From Oikopleura dioica (taxonomy: Eukaryota > Animalia > Chordata), in the NCBI GenBank assembly GCA_907165135.1, contig OU015568.1, forward strand, positions 4,402,001-4,466,000: 64,000 nucleotides of DNA, in the 5' to 3' direction. Under the pieces are notes generated by a model, which was not told the DNA's origin, made no database searches, and worked only from the letters and a program-made list of their open reading frames with translations. This document shows, piece by piece, positions 51,400 through 64,000 of the stretch; position 1 is the first letter of the stretch, and every line of letters starts with the position of its first letter. The position numbers and the translations under genes are program-made.

Positions 51400-54300
51400 A
51401 GATTTATAAAATCACTTCCTTTTCTTGATTCTGCCCAAAAAATGAAGCCATGAGCTCTTTTTTTTTCGACTTTTTCCTGAATTTGTGTCGAAATGGCTCC
51501 ATTCAATAAGCTATCGAGAGCCTTAATTTCCGCCACAGAATCGTCCGCGTCAAAAAGATATTCCAACCAAACATGCTCCTCCCTATAAATAACAGTAAGA
51601 CACTCAAATGATCTTGTAAGCTGTTCTATTTAGAAGGATTTGTAAACTCCCCTTATCTCCTCAATGTCTCCCTCCCTCTTTTTGAATGAAGAAACTCGCT
51701 CCTTTTATCTGATCATTAAACATCAAAAAATCGTCAGGGCAGGAGCAGATAAGGATCATTTCTAAATCCGTCGCATCAGAAAGAATGGGCTTGCTGGGGA
51801 CACGATAAGCCCAGAATTGGCCTTGTTGAGGAGCGAAATTAGCTGACTCTAGAATGCGTCCATACCAAGTTTATCAGTTGTGTTAAAGGTTTAGCTTTTA
51901 TCTGGGATGTCTTCCAGTGGAAGGGGTCGACAAGTTTCTTTCTAAAAAGAGACTGCTATCCGACCTTTTTCGTCTCTTTTGGATAAAAACGGTAAATTAT
52001 TTTGGTGTCAATAATTTGGCATCAATTTTCAAAACAATCCACTGTTTTCTCTCATCAAAGAAACACCTTGTCTATTTGATTAGACTGGTTAACTCTCATT
52101 AACCCGAAAGTATTTTGCAAAAAAGAAACAAAGGATAAGGACTTACACTTGATTCAGAACTCCACAAATTTCAGTATTGGCTACGTATATTTCCAGCGCA
52201 TCGCAAAGACTAAAAACAAGTTTGCATTTTCTTACAGGAAGAAAAAAGACGGCAGCTTCCTTTTCAGCTCGATCAGTCAAGAAACGTGACTTCGCGAAAG
52301 CCCCGAAATTCGTAAGTGAAGGAAACAAACCCACATTGTCAGGTGCGCAAGAATCGCGAGGAAACTTACCTGTCTGAAATCATCAGCGCTGATCTTGCGA
52401 CATTTTGAGCAACATCAACAACTGCTGTTCTAAAAACAAATTGTTACAAACGGCAATTTTTTTTTCTTTCTTTCTGGAACACGTGCTGCGGCACACCAGT
52501 CCGGATGGTTTACCCAAATGTTTTTGTACTTCAACAATTTCCGGGTGTTTCTTGTACTTCAATTAAAAATTATTCGAAAATTTGCAAAATTGCAATTCTT
52601 CGAAAGAAAAATAGTAGACAAAAACATTTAGGATCGACGCCATATTCCGGCTCAAAAAACGGGGTGGCGTCAGTAACCGACAAAAACTTTCGACTAATTT
52701 TGCGTGGGCGGCTACTCGGCTGTGGATTGGCGGGTCAGCCGAATCCAGACTTCTGATTGGTTGAAAATTTGTCGAAATTTTCTTGTCGGTTCCTGACATC
52801 TTCCCTCAAAAACCTGTGTAAAAACCTGAGTCAGGGAACTTACAGATATTTGATAGGATCTTTGCAAGCATCAGCCTTTTGAAAACGGTCGAAGTCATCA
52901 ATAATTTGGTAGTACTCGTTTCTAAACATGAGCGCAAATTCGCTGAGTCTGATCGAAAAATCAATCGAGTCCAATTCGCTGAGTTCTAAAAAACATTCAT
53001 AAGCAGTTGTTCACGCGTTGCGTTGCTTTTTCACCGAAAGCGAGGTCCAATGAATTGTAGAACACCAACGAATCCTGGATGAGCTCCATGATAAATGCGA
53101 GTGATGAGCTGGAGTCAACATCGAGTCTAAAAAAGCGAGATCGTTTTAGAAAAAAACGTATCATTTAATAATTGCTACCTCAAGAATGGCCTCAAGTTTT
53201 GAAATATCCGGAGCAAAGCCAACGCGGCTTCTTCTATTTCCTCCTGTTGGTCCGGCGAGAAGGTGCTTTTACTTGAATTAAAACGCACGATGCTGGTTGT
53301 TTCTAAAACGCCCTTGTGGTCAATGCTATCGGCTTTTTTGACGCGGAAGAGGGTTGTTTAACATCTATAAATATCTAATAGATAATCCTGCCGAACACGT
53401 GACCTTTTTTATGAGAAAAATTATGTTTTTAATTCAATTTTCCTGTTTTCTCCAACAAAATATTCGGCAAAAACTTCCGCATCGAAATCATCATAATTCG
53501 GCCTCTCAGATTTCTGCTTCAATCGATTGAACTGAATCCGGAAGTCGCTAACAGTAAATCCGTTCGCCTCGACTGAGCTCAATGAGAAGCGGTTTATGTA
53601 CTCGACCAAGCCAGCAGGAGTCACGTTTTCGTTCTTTCAAAGGGAATAAGTCCAGATTGCGAAACAAACAATGAACTAGGAAGAAAGAGAACTTACAATA
53701 TCGGCGGAAAATGATGCGATCAAAAGTTTTGCTTCATCACTGATTGTCGGGCTCTCGTTGATTCGTGAAAGCATCAACTTTTGTTAAGATGAATTTTATT
53801 GAAAATAATAGGATTTGGTTTCCAATTAACTAGTGGAAAATCGAGGAAGATTTTATCATTTGTATATCAATTTCTTTCGAGATATTTTTTCGCCAATTTA
53901 CCATTTTTTTTTTTTAAATTTATGGTTTTTCTTAAAATGAATTTTCAACTCTTCCTGAATTCCATTGAGCACTTGTTCGGCGACGAAGTTGTTGACCGGA
54001 GCAAGTAAAGAAATCGCGCTAGAATTCCAAATAAGATCCCCCAGAGAAAATCGTCCCCTCGGAAAAGGGTTGATTAAATTCTCATTTGCTGTATTTCAAA
54101 CTGAAAAATTCGGGCTGCTCCCCTTATTCCATTCTTTCTTACAAGAGAGAAGGAGTTCTGAACTCATTTCGTCAGGAACTTAAGTACAGTATCTGCCTCT
54201 CTTCCTCCCTTCGTTCCAAAAACAAGTGCCTTCCTCATACTTTCTTAGCGAGCTATTTACCAACGCCTTCCTCCAAAATTCCGGGAGAGGGGGAAGTGCC

Positions 54301-54420
54301 GTTATTTAAGCGAGCTTTAGAAGGTGACCCAAAGGCATAAGCGTGAATAGCTAATAAACGGGAAGGAGGCGGATTAATGGGGATGAGCCCCTCCTCGCCC
54401 GGATCTCCGCAAGCTTACCG
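51400..54420 (-). CDS. Probable multi-exon gene(s) of unknown function
   Basis: Several exon-like open segments with GT/AG edges: EEHVWLEYLFDADD, ELSELDSIDFSIRLSEFALMF, TPAGLVEYINRF and AISLLAPVNNFVAEQVLNGIQEELK. No domain was recognised and the structure was not fully assembled. Confidence 0.3.
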
Positions 54421-56449
54421 ATTTGGTCACCCCTGCACGTAAGGCGAGAACGTCTCTTATCTACTGTTAGATTTGTGTAAGACTTATTACCTGGCGTAAC
54501 TTGAAAATAACCAAAAAAGACGCATTTTTCTCGATTTTCTCGATTTTCCGGAATTTTCCAAAATGGAAAAATGGCGAAAATGATCATCCAGCTCAAGCAG
54601 ATCGAGAAGCAGAACAATAAGGGAGTTAACAAAGTAGCGGAACTTGACTGTGATTGTTCTTCTCAATCATTGTATAAATACAGGTCACAGATCAAAAGAA
54701 TGCTTTTTTACTGCGTCAGACAATTTTTTTCCTGATAGGAACTTCCTATTACTAATTGGCTATCAGGATTGAATCACCATAAGAATTTTTTTGGCTAAAT
54801 TTTTTTCATGAAAACTCAGGAAAAAAATTTTAGTCGAAAAATTTTTATGATCATTCTGAATGAGTCATTCATAATTCTGTTTTTAACCATCTCATTTGCG
54901 TAAAAAAATCTTTGTTACTGTGAGTTTTTTACTAACAAACGCCTTGCCTGTTCAAAAGATCCTTACCATATTCAATTTGAAAAAATCAACGTTATTAAAA
55001 TCGCGAAGGGATTCAGTTTCGTTTGCTTTTCACTTCCTTCTTCCTCCTTCACGAATCGTTGGTTTATTTTCTTCCACCAAGAGGTGCTGAACTCGGCGAT
55101 TTCCGCACACTTTCGTGGGCCCACTTTACTTTTGCTTATTTCTCTTTCCAGTCAGCTGCGGTTTCATTTTCCGAGATGATCGAGTGCCACCAAGCGAGGT
55201 CGCCGAACATATATTTTAATTCCAGCCACGAAATACTATACGCGAACGATTGGGATCAGAGAAAACTTATTGACTCTAAACTCGAAGTCCTCCTTCTCTG
55301 TAACCATGTTTTCGTGTTGTTATACACGCGAAACATCAATGGCGGTTTTTATTCAGTAACGATGTCTAAATCATTATTATAATAAAGGAGAGAGGACGGA
55401 AAGACAAGGTAATTTTCATGACAATTTTCCAGGTCAATTTCGCAATATTCTAGTAAAATGAATAAGTAGATATTCTTCAAAATTAATTGTCTAAGTCACT
55501 GTTGAAAACCTGAATCAGGGTCCTGAAAGGTCGCAGCTTTTCTCGGCCCTGAGTCAGGTTTTCTTCATACCGATGATTTTTGATGATTGCCCCAAAAATA
55601 AAAGGTCGAATAAGCGACGCCAAGCGAGTAGATTTTTTCTTTAGTGCCTGGAGGACCCCCCTGCTGGAAGAATTCTTAGTGAAAAGAAGAATAGTCTCGG
55701 CCTTTTTTTATTTAACCCGGTTTATTATGCCGTTTTTATTCGTGCCCTATTGAAGAGTTTATTTGAAAGTTTGAACTCTTTTTAGAAATGCTCGCAAAAG
55801 TTTGGCCGAAAATTTCTGTGTAAGTTTTCACAAATTTAACGATTTTATTTGATTTTGACTTTTTAAAACTCACTGTTTAAATTCATGAACTGTCGCGGAA
55901 ATAAACATTACGAAATCGCGAAATTCGTTAAATTCGATTAAAAGTACCTTGGTTGACTTTCGGAGGAAAGATCGAATTTAAGAGCTGGCTGTTTAAAATT
56001 CGGACAGCTCTGAGTCGTCATAACATTTTCAATTACAAAAGTGAGCTGGCCCCAGCCGATCTTGCGGTTATTCAAATGCTGATTTCTAAGGAACTCGGGG
56101 GTCCCTGATTTAATTGCCGAGCAAAAGCAAATTTTCAGCCTTTCATCAGCAGAATCAAACAGTCCAAATAAGAAGAAGAATAAAAAACGTATACTCGGAG
56201 GGGTCTTTTTTACAAACAACATTCCGGAATTCGGGAGATTTGAAGAAACAACTCGGAGTGGCGAAATTACGTGGAGTAATTTCAACTCATGGAACGGCCA
56301 GGAAATCAAGAGCTTGAGGGTTTACCACGTGAGTTGAAGGAAGGACGTAGAAAACAACAATTTCGATTGTGAAAAACGCTAAATTGAGTTTTTTCTCGAG
56401 AAAAAATAACGCAATTATAAAAATTAAAAAATTTTTTCGATAATTTTTT

Positions 56450-56580
56450 TATCTAGAATTTTATCTAGAATTTTTTTCTTGAATTTTTTCTAGAATTTTA
56501 TCAAAAATTTTTTCTAGATTTTTTTTTCTAGAAATTTTTTTTCTGGAAATTTCTTCTAGTATTTTTTTTTCAAAAATTTT
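56450..56580. repeat. Degenerate TCTAGAATTTT-type tandem repeat
   Basis: About 8-9 imperfect units of (T)nCTAGAA(T)n. Confidence 0.6.
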
Positions 56581-59296
56581 GATTATCGAACTCAACAGAG
56601 AAGAATCCACAGTCAATTCTCAAAAAACTATCATTCTTGAATTATTTCGAGCTCATACCGCTATTACCCCCTTTTCCATTCCCGCGGTTGGGCAGCTTTA
56701 CTTTCGCAATTTCGAGCTTCGAATTTATTCGGCGGTTTTCATTTCTGCTCCCAAAAATTCAATTGCAAAATTCTAAAAGGGCGGCTGTTTCGATTTAATC
56801 GCATTTGCTCGTTCCATTTTTGTCAAAACAGGGCTCGATACGATTGTTTCACTAGCTGCATTGAAACCAGTTGATTTAATCACTTTGAATGGAGTTCATT
56901 TAATCAACGTGGATAATCCAATCAGCGCGCATATTTTGCTTGACAAGAGTATTGTCAAAATATTAGCACTAAAACACGAAAAAGGAAATAAAGAAAGAGA
57001 CGATAAACGTGGCGATAAAAGTTAATGTTTGAAATCAGCAGAGCTTTATCAGAAAAAAGACTCTTTTATATTTTTCGAGCCAAAAAAAATCAATTATTTG
57101 GCGAATTTTTGAAGTTTCATCGTAATCGTCTTGACTTCGTTTTTTTTTACCAAGAGTGACAGCATGATTACTGCAGCCCTCCTCATCTCATGATTTTCTA
57201 GAAATCTGCAAAAGCTGATGAAATTTCAAATCTGTTTGAAAGAATGTCAAATTTTATTAAGAAATATCTGCCGAAACACGTCTCCATGACCGTATCTACC
57301 CAGATTTAGAGCGTGTCTCTCTTTCGAAATCAAGCTTTTCAGTGTCCTGGATGAAGGAGTTTCTGAAGTGAAATACTTCTACAAATCACTTGGTTTTTCG
57401 GAAGAGGTCGATTAGTGGCGGCCCATTTGGTTTAGAAAAAGACGGACGGGTTGACACACGGCGCGAAATCGAGAAGAATTGGAGATGAGCATATTAATTT
57501 TGGAAAGGAACTGAAATTCAGCCAATTTCTTCTTTTTTTCCTTTGAATCTATTTTTTCTGTTCTTTTCTGCCTTTATATCAGGAGTAAGTAACGTGAGTT
57601 TTTTAATACCATGTCAAAGCAATTGTAGTTTTTTGACCGCTTAGTTACCACAACGTGGGCGAAAGACCTTCTGTAGCTCTATAAAACTGAAGCTTCTTTG
57701 AATTTCACGATTATCAATATTAGTTTAAATAAGAATGCGCTTTTCGACTTTCTTCTTCTCCTCAATTTTCGTCATTTCGATGGCGGCCCTATACGCCTTA
57801 TACGATTTTCCACGAGGAAGTCGACATTGCTCTTGCAAAATTTGATGTAAGTATTTTTTGTTTTAAGTGTTTTTATCATTTCTTTTTGAAAGGATCTTGC
57901 TGAAAAAATGCCGATAAGAAATAACATTGCATCCCGTCGATATACTACCAAGCTCCGAAATTTCGGACCCGGAATCAAAAATCTTTTTGGACACTGTGCC
58001 CATCAAAAAGAAAGTCGACCTCGATGCAATTATCCCGCTCGCGGTCCGAAAGATTGGTGCCAAAAAAATGCAGATATTGTTGATTGCTTGTCGTTTTTGG
58101 CGAAAAAGTATGAATGTGGACTTCAAAGTAAACGAGAGAGAAGAGCTGTTCGAAAGGCAGGAAGAAAGCTTCGAAAATTTAAACAAAAATTTGACAAAAA
58201 ATACTGCGAATAAATCGATGAAATATTTTCATAAAATTTCGTCAGAGGAGTTCTCAAGCCGGTGTTTCGCTTTTTTAGAAGACAGAAGCGCTATCAGTTA
58301 AACCAATGTTGTCTCACTTCTTCGATAAAGATCATCTCCGTGTTTTGGCTTGAGAGTTCACTCCACGAAGCTGCGGTTTGTTCACCACTTTTGAGACTTC
58401 TTCTAAAACGGAAAGGGCTTTGTAGAATCTCAATTGAGACGAGCCGCAACTGAATTTTAAGGAAATCACAAGCAGCGAGTCCTTTTTCTGGAACATTCGT
58501 CATTACAGAATTATTCTAGTAATTTGTCAATAGTGTAAGATAGAACCTTACTCTTCTTCTTTTAATTCATTATAAATAACTTTAATAATAAATACGAGAA
58601 GGTTCACGAAGAAGGGTCAAACTTGTTATTATTCAATAAAAAATTCACGACTTTATCGTCGGAACGAAAGAGCACTAACGACAGATAAGGGCTTATGACA
58701 GATTCAGCGTCTTTTTGGGTGAGCTATAATTAATGAAAACATACGCTTCGGGTCCATAAAAATCGACAAATGAAAGGTCTCAATTCAGAAGTACGAAAAT
58801 GAGACTCGCAATTTTTCTCTTTTGATTGAATCCATCGCGTCTTATCATTTGGCGTCTCCATTTTTTCTCCAATGAAAAGGCAATTTCCGGGTAATTTTGA
58901 CCTCAAAATGCCCAAGCCGCAATATTTCAACATAGCAGACTACATCAAAAAGCACAAAGCTGCGGTGAAGAATATTCAAAATCACATTGATCTTCAAACT
59001 CGATCTTTCAGAGCTCATGTTCTCTAAAACTGCGAAATTCATTGTCCTCCGAAAAACTGAAATAAATTAAAATAATCTAAATTGTCTCGACGTACTTGAA
59101 GTTGCAGGCGATCGCAAAGCAGGCATCTTTTTGTGGCTGATCTTATTTTTTCCGAAATTGAAAGAAGAAATGTTGCCACCACATATCGCGACATAACTAC
59201 ATATAAACAGCGGTCGGGGTTACAAATTCGGGCGAAATTGAAGAATCAAATAACTTATGAATGTCTTTTTCTGACATCTAAAAATGCAGCCTTTAT

Positions 59297-59403
59297 TAAT
59301 ATAATATAATATAATATAATATAATATAATATAATATAATATAATATAATATAATATAATATAATATAATATAATATAATATAATATAATATAATATAAT
59401 ATA
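59297..59403. repeat. (ATAAT)n microsatellite, ~21 units
   Basis: Directly visible perfect pentanucleotide run. Confidence 0.97.
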
Positions 59404-59425
59404 TTGGTGGTTGACGAGTGTTCAA

Positions 59426-59836
59426 TATATTATCACGTTTATTGCAGAAGCTTTTCGCCTTACGGCATCATCAGTGCTATGGAAAGTTAGAAACAGACAG
59501 AAAACAAAAGCAGTTACCTTTGGAGATGCAAAGTTGTATCTGACTAAACCACGAAAACAAACGCCAAAATCCATCCCATTCTAGAGAATTTGTTTTTAAA
59601 AAACAATCACATGCGAAAAACTGTCTCATTGTCAACACTTTTTCGCATGTTATTGTTTTTTTAAAAACAAATTCTCTAGAATGGGATGGATTTTGGCGTT
59701 TGTTTTCGTGGTTTAGTCAGATACAACTTTGCATCTCCAAAGGTAACTGCTTTTTTGTTTTCTGTCTGTTTCTAACTTTCCATAGCACTGATGATGCCGT
59801 AAGGCGAAAAGCTTCTGCAATAAACGTGATAATATA
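59426..59836. mobile_element. Near-perfect 411-bp palindrome (foldback MITE-like)
   Basis: Arms ~59426-59619 and ~59639-59836 are reverse complements with only a few differences, around a ~19-bp spacer. The ends are TA-rich. Confidence 0.85.
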
Positions 59837-60538
59837 ATATAATATAAAAGTTCGAATAAGCGACACCAAGCGAGCAATTATCTTTTTCTATCTTTTTAAG
59901 AGAGGACCTCTCTTACTGGAAGAATTTTAAGTTAAAAGAAGAAACTTTTTATAATGTTAGAATCATCTTTTCCTTTTTGTTCTTTGATTGAGTTAGTCAG
60001 GAAATCATCGTGATGTTCTAAACAGTTTCTGGACTGCCCGGGCTAAATTTCACAGTGCCGCGTTTTCGGTTCCTCCAGTTGTCCCAGCGCGGTCCAAAAC
60101 TGACATCGCCGACCGCAAGAAGCCAAAAAGGTTTAGAAATTATATAATCCCATTAGATATCAGTCAGCAGACAACTGGGTTAAATTTCTTCCGTTGCCCT
60201 AATCTCTTTTGCCAATTTCATTACTGTACTGAATTTTCTTAAGAAAAACGTGTTAAAAGCAGTAATTTATTTTCAAAAAAGTGAGAAAAGAAGCGATAAG
60301 GCGAGAAATCGAAGCTTCGAAATTTGACGGGAATAGCGTCTTCTCTGCGCGATAAGGCAGCCGACTTCATTGAACGGGACACTTTTCAACTCGGCGATAA
60401 AACAAACTGGCCAGGTGCCCGCTCCTACTTTCCACTGAAATTTATTTTCCCAAAGTCCGGCTTGACCAGACGAAAAAGAAAAAAGAGACGAGGGAAAGAT
60501 AAATAGTTTCATGGTAACGTGACTTTTGCCTCTTTAAT

Positions 60539-60774
60539 CTGAGCTCGGCAACCTGTGTAAAAATCAAAATAAGGTTCTATAGAGCGAAATTGAAAAGCCG
60601 CGTAACGGATTTTTAAAAAGAAGCCGCGAAGCGGCTTCCCAATTTAACCATTCAAATCTTTAGATTAATGAAAGCGAAGCCGCTCCGCGGCTTTATTTAA
60701 AAGCCGCTTTGCGGCTTTTCATTTTCACTTCTTAGATTCTGACTCAGGTTCTCAACACAGGGTGCCTAGCCCAG
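60539..60774. mobile_element. Longer, diverged copy of the CTGAGCTCGGCAACCTGTGT MITE family
   Basis: Left end CTGAGCTCGGCAACCTGTGT, right end ACACAGGGTGCCTAGCCCAG. Internal AAGCCGC-N-GCGGCTT palindromes and CTGACTCAGG. TSD not preserved. Confidence 0.75.
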
Positions 60775-63704
60775 AAAATAACTTTACTTCGGATTCTCGC
60801 CGAATTCCAGATATAGATCAACCATCGTCATTTCTTACGTTCCATCGAAAAGGAAAGAAAGAAGAGAGCGTTATCTTTTAATCCGTTACAGGTTAATTTA
60901 TCCGGTCTTCCGTTATTTTCCCAAGTTATATCGCCGCCTTTAGAAAAATCGTCTTCCAATCATCTAATTGCATCAAACAGGGTGTCTGAAGTTTTCTTTC
61001 AAAACAAGTGAAAAACCGCGAAAGGCCGTCATCTCTTATTTGATATTTTTGAGTTAAGAGATTCTAACGTAACTTGTCAAAATGCGGTTTCTTCTCTCAC
61101 TAAGTGACGAAGCGACACAGGGTCATGTTTTACCAAGAAAAAATGGTTGTTCCAGCTTTCAAACAACAGTTTTTCATTTGAAATTTTTTGATCATATTTT
61201 ATTTGAAAGAAAAGGCCCAATCAGGCAGGCCAGGAAGATTTTGAAGCTTCAAAACATATTTTTTCTGCGCTTGAATTCCTCTTTCTCTTGTTTTGATATA
61301 ATCGGTCAGGGTAAAGAGTTGGCTTTTTTCGAAGAAATTTGCAATTGAAGCTTGTGATTCGATTCCAAAAAAAAGAGAAACAATATCAGCATATTTCAAT
61401 AGGAATTTTTTTCAAATCTACCTAGATGTTCCAACGTGCCGTTTTATTCAGGCGTCAAGAGGTTCATTGACTATTCCCATTATCGAATCTTATCGTCCAT
61501 TAATTTTTCTCGCCAATATATTCTAATTCGAACAGTTCAAAATTTGAACTTCAAATCTATGCAAACGAACTTTTTCTGGACAAAAAAATAAATGGAAGTG
61601 AATTTTTTGATTGACCAATAAGATAGCTGTATTTGGCCTACGGGCCAATCAAAACCCTGAACCACAAAATCCCTTCAATATTTTGGTTAAACCCCTTTTT
61701 TAACAACTTGGCTACATTTTTTTGCATTTCAATCAGTTTGTACTGAATATCTGTCGATCTCGAATCGTCTAAATCGCTGATAACGGATTCCCTATCAGTC
61801 CCAACCGACCACGCTGTTTTGAGTCATTTCTTAAATTGTTTACTGTCCAGAGGAGCTTCTAGTTCCGTTTGTATTCACTAGAATCAAAAATCGTACTCAA
61901 AAATAATAAAAGTTCTGACGCGTCCGAACGTAATTCAATATTTTTGAAAAAATCAAAGTCCAAGTTTGATAAATGCAGCTTTAGGAATGGCGGATTTATT
62001 TTCTTCCTATTGGAAATTGTGAAGCAGAAATAACCCAATCAGGCATTCCAGGAAGTCGCTGAAGATAGTCAACGAGTCGTTTTTGGTAGTCGATCGCTTC
62101 TCGTCTTGATTCGATGAAATCGGACATTGAATGCTCGTTGTTTTCAACGTAAAAATTTGCAACTGATGTTTCGCTTTTTGGAAAAATAAGAAATAAAAGC
62201 GTCGAAAAATTCATCTTTGCCTGTCGCTTTCTGGGAACTTTCTTTTATACACAAAGAAACGTATTTAACATATGCTCCGGATTCGATCCAGAACACTTTT
62301 CAATCACTTCCCATTTGTTTTCGCCGACCTGAATAACTAAAACAACAGTTTTGACGCACATACAGTTTTATCTTAAAGTTCACGCCCTCCTCTTTTCTTC
62401 CTCCCTTTTTATCCCTTAGAACGTAATCCTCTTTCAACTTTTTGATAAGGACAACATTCAGTTAGGAAGTCTCCCCTCCAAGGGAAGGCAAATAAGCTGA
62501 TTTCAACACGAACCCAACGTAGAATTTGGGGATGATGCGAACAAAAGCCAAAGTGTTTTTCTTCAAAAAAAGGGGGAGAAATTTTTAAAAAATTCAGGAG
62601 CTTGATCATCACACGCTGATAAAAAGTACTGATAAGCGTTATCGCTGATTTTTAAGCGGCCTTTGAGCTGGCTGACAAATATTCATCGTGGCCGGAAGAA
62701 GAAAAATCAGAGACAATTTTGATTTTTTCTTCTTTACTAAAGAAAAAAGTTGCAATTGCAATTATAAAAAATTGAGCAAGCAGCATTCCCCGGATGCTGC
62801 ATGGAATTAGTTAGATTTCGGGTCATGTAGCACTTGAACCTGTTATTTATTATTGTTGAGACGGGACTTCGTTAATACGAGATGATTTTAATTGAGGTTC
62901 TTTTCAATCTTGAAATGAATTTTTCTAGAGAAAGAATTCCCCCGTTTTCAAGGCTTGGAGTTTTCCCGCACACGTTCTGATACTGTTTCACTTCAGCTCG
63001 ATGCACGTGATTACCCAATGATCCGAGCGAGGTTTGACTAAACTCATTTCGAAGTCAAAAGCAATATGCGGCCGGCGAGCGAGCAAAAAAGCGATTTCCA
63101 CAGCTTCTGAATACTTTAACCAAGTTGAGCAGAGCTGAGTCTTTTTCGGAAAAAAACTTATGAAATTTACTTCTAATTTCAGCCGCCAACTTCAGTGTTG
63201 TTAGAATATCAAGAAAAGAAGCGATAAGAGAGTATCTTCAGTAAATCGAATACCTTCCCAATCTTCGATAGTCTTATCAGTAAGAGGCTTATCAAATAAA
63301 ACCTAACCCTATCGATACGTAGCGCGTAATCTTCTGAGCCGATTTTCGTGAACCCTTCTAAAACGGCGTTAATTCTTGGCCATTGTCTTCGTCTCTTCTT
63401 TTTCTTCTTATCATAAATAGCAGTTTTGGAACCATTGTCAGCATTTATCAGCAGCTCCGCGTTGCTAACTATTCGTTTGCGGAGTGGATACCGTAAATTT
63501 CTAAGCAGCTCAACTAAAAAGCGTAGCAGAAGAAACGTCCGCCCAGATCGCTAGCGGAAATGTTCCGGACGGGTTAAAAACGTGCCGAATATACGAGACA
63601 TACACCCTTAAGAATTTCAAATTTTCGCTGAAAATATTTTTCTTAAGGTCGTTTTTAGAATTATCGATCGAAATTACTGTTTTCTCTGAAAATTAAAATA
63701 AGTT

Positions 63705-63862
63705 TGTGACACCCTTATTTTATGACGAAGAGGGGGTCATTTTTTGTCACCTTACTTGAGTCACTAACCTTAATCGTTAGGGGCTAGCAACGGTTAAGGA
63801 TAGGGACTCAAGTAAGGTGACAAAAGATGATCCTCTTTTTTTCATTAAATAAGGGTGTCACA
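63705..63862. repeat. 158-bp imperfect palindrome (MITE-like)
   Basis: TGTGACACCCTTATTT...GTCACCTTACTTGAGTC pairs with GACTCAAGTAAGGTGAC...AAATAAGGGTGTCACA. Confidence 0.8.
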
Positions 63863-64000
63863 GTGACACTGTCACTCACATATATGTTAGTTTTCAGAGA
63901 AAACAGAAATTTCGATCGATAATTTTTAAAACGGCCCTCTCAGCACTTTCATAAAACGCAAAATTCGAATTCAACAAAATTATTCTGCTTTGTGCTCATA

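Noticed and set aside
55940-56330. Plus-strand open segments: FGGKIEFKSWLFKIRTALSRHNIF (faintly copia-gag-like) and KKRILGG (zymogen activation-like)
   Set aside because: No LTRs, pol domains or downstream protease motifs were found. It may be a real unknown gene, but neither assignment is supportable.
57730-58301. Cys-containing ORFs that might encode a small secreted protein
   Set aside because: The signal-peptide frame and the Cys-rich frame could not be joined with consistent splice phases.
59849-59858. GTTCGAAT B-box-like motif (tRNA/SINE)
   Set aside because: No A-box at a suitable distance and no cloverleaf could be built.

Overview
This is eukaryotic, AT-rich, gene-dense DNA with very short introns (mostly 35-65 bp), including at least two inferred non-canonical GA-AG introns. 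That pattern is most consistent with a larvacean tunicate such as Oikopleura (inference, not proven). Recognisable genes: gamma-glutamyl transpeptidase (GGT), a Tbx15/18/22-type T-box factor, a plakin-repeat-domain protein, a WSCD-type sulfotransferase, a large Ig/FN3 type I membrane protein, a GH79 heparanase-like glycosidase and a SETD4-like methyltransferase. Several orphan membrane proteins and many non-autonomous DNA transposons (MITEs and foldbacks) are also present, several with exact target-site duplications (TSDs). No rRNA, tRNA or CRISPR was seen. The most notable items are five. (1) A 120-bp MITE sits inside a sulfotransferase exon; its 8-bp TSD supplies GT and its terminal repeat supplies AG, so it can be spliced out in frame (an introner-like new intron). 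(2) A kinase-like domain is fused to a papain-like Q/C/H/N domain in one gene. (3) That gene lies between two ~0.95-kb direct repeats carrying the convergent 3' ends of GGT and Tbx, which differ almost only at synonymous sites. (4) The GH79 has plant/algal-type motifs (horizontal-transfer candidate). (5) The plakin-repeat protein appears to be N-terminally membrane-anchored. All exon structures were assembled by eye, and some boundaries are approximate.
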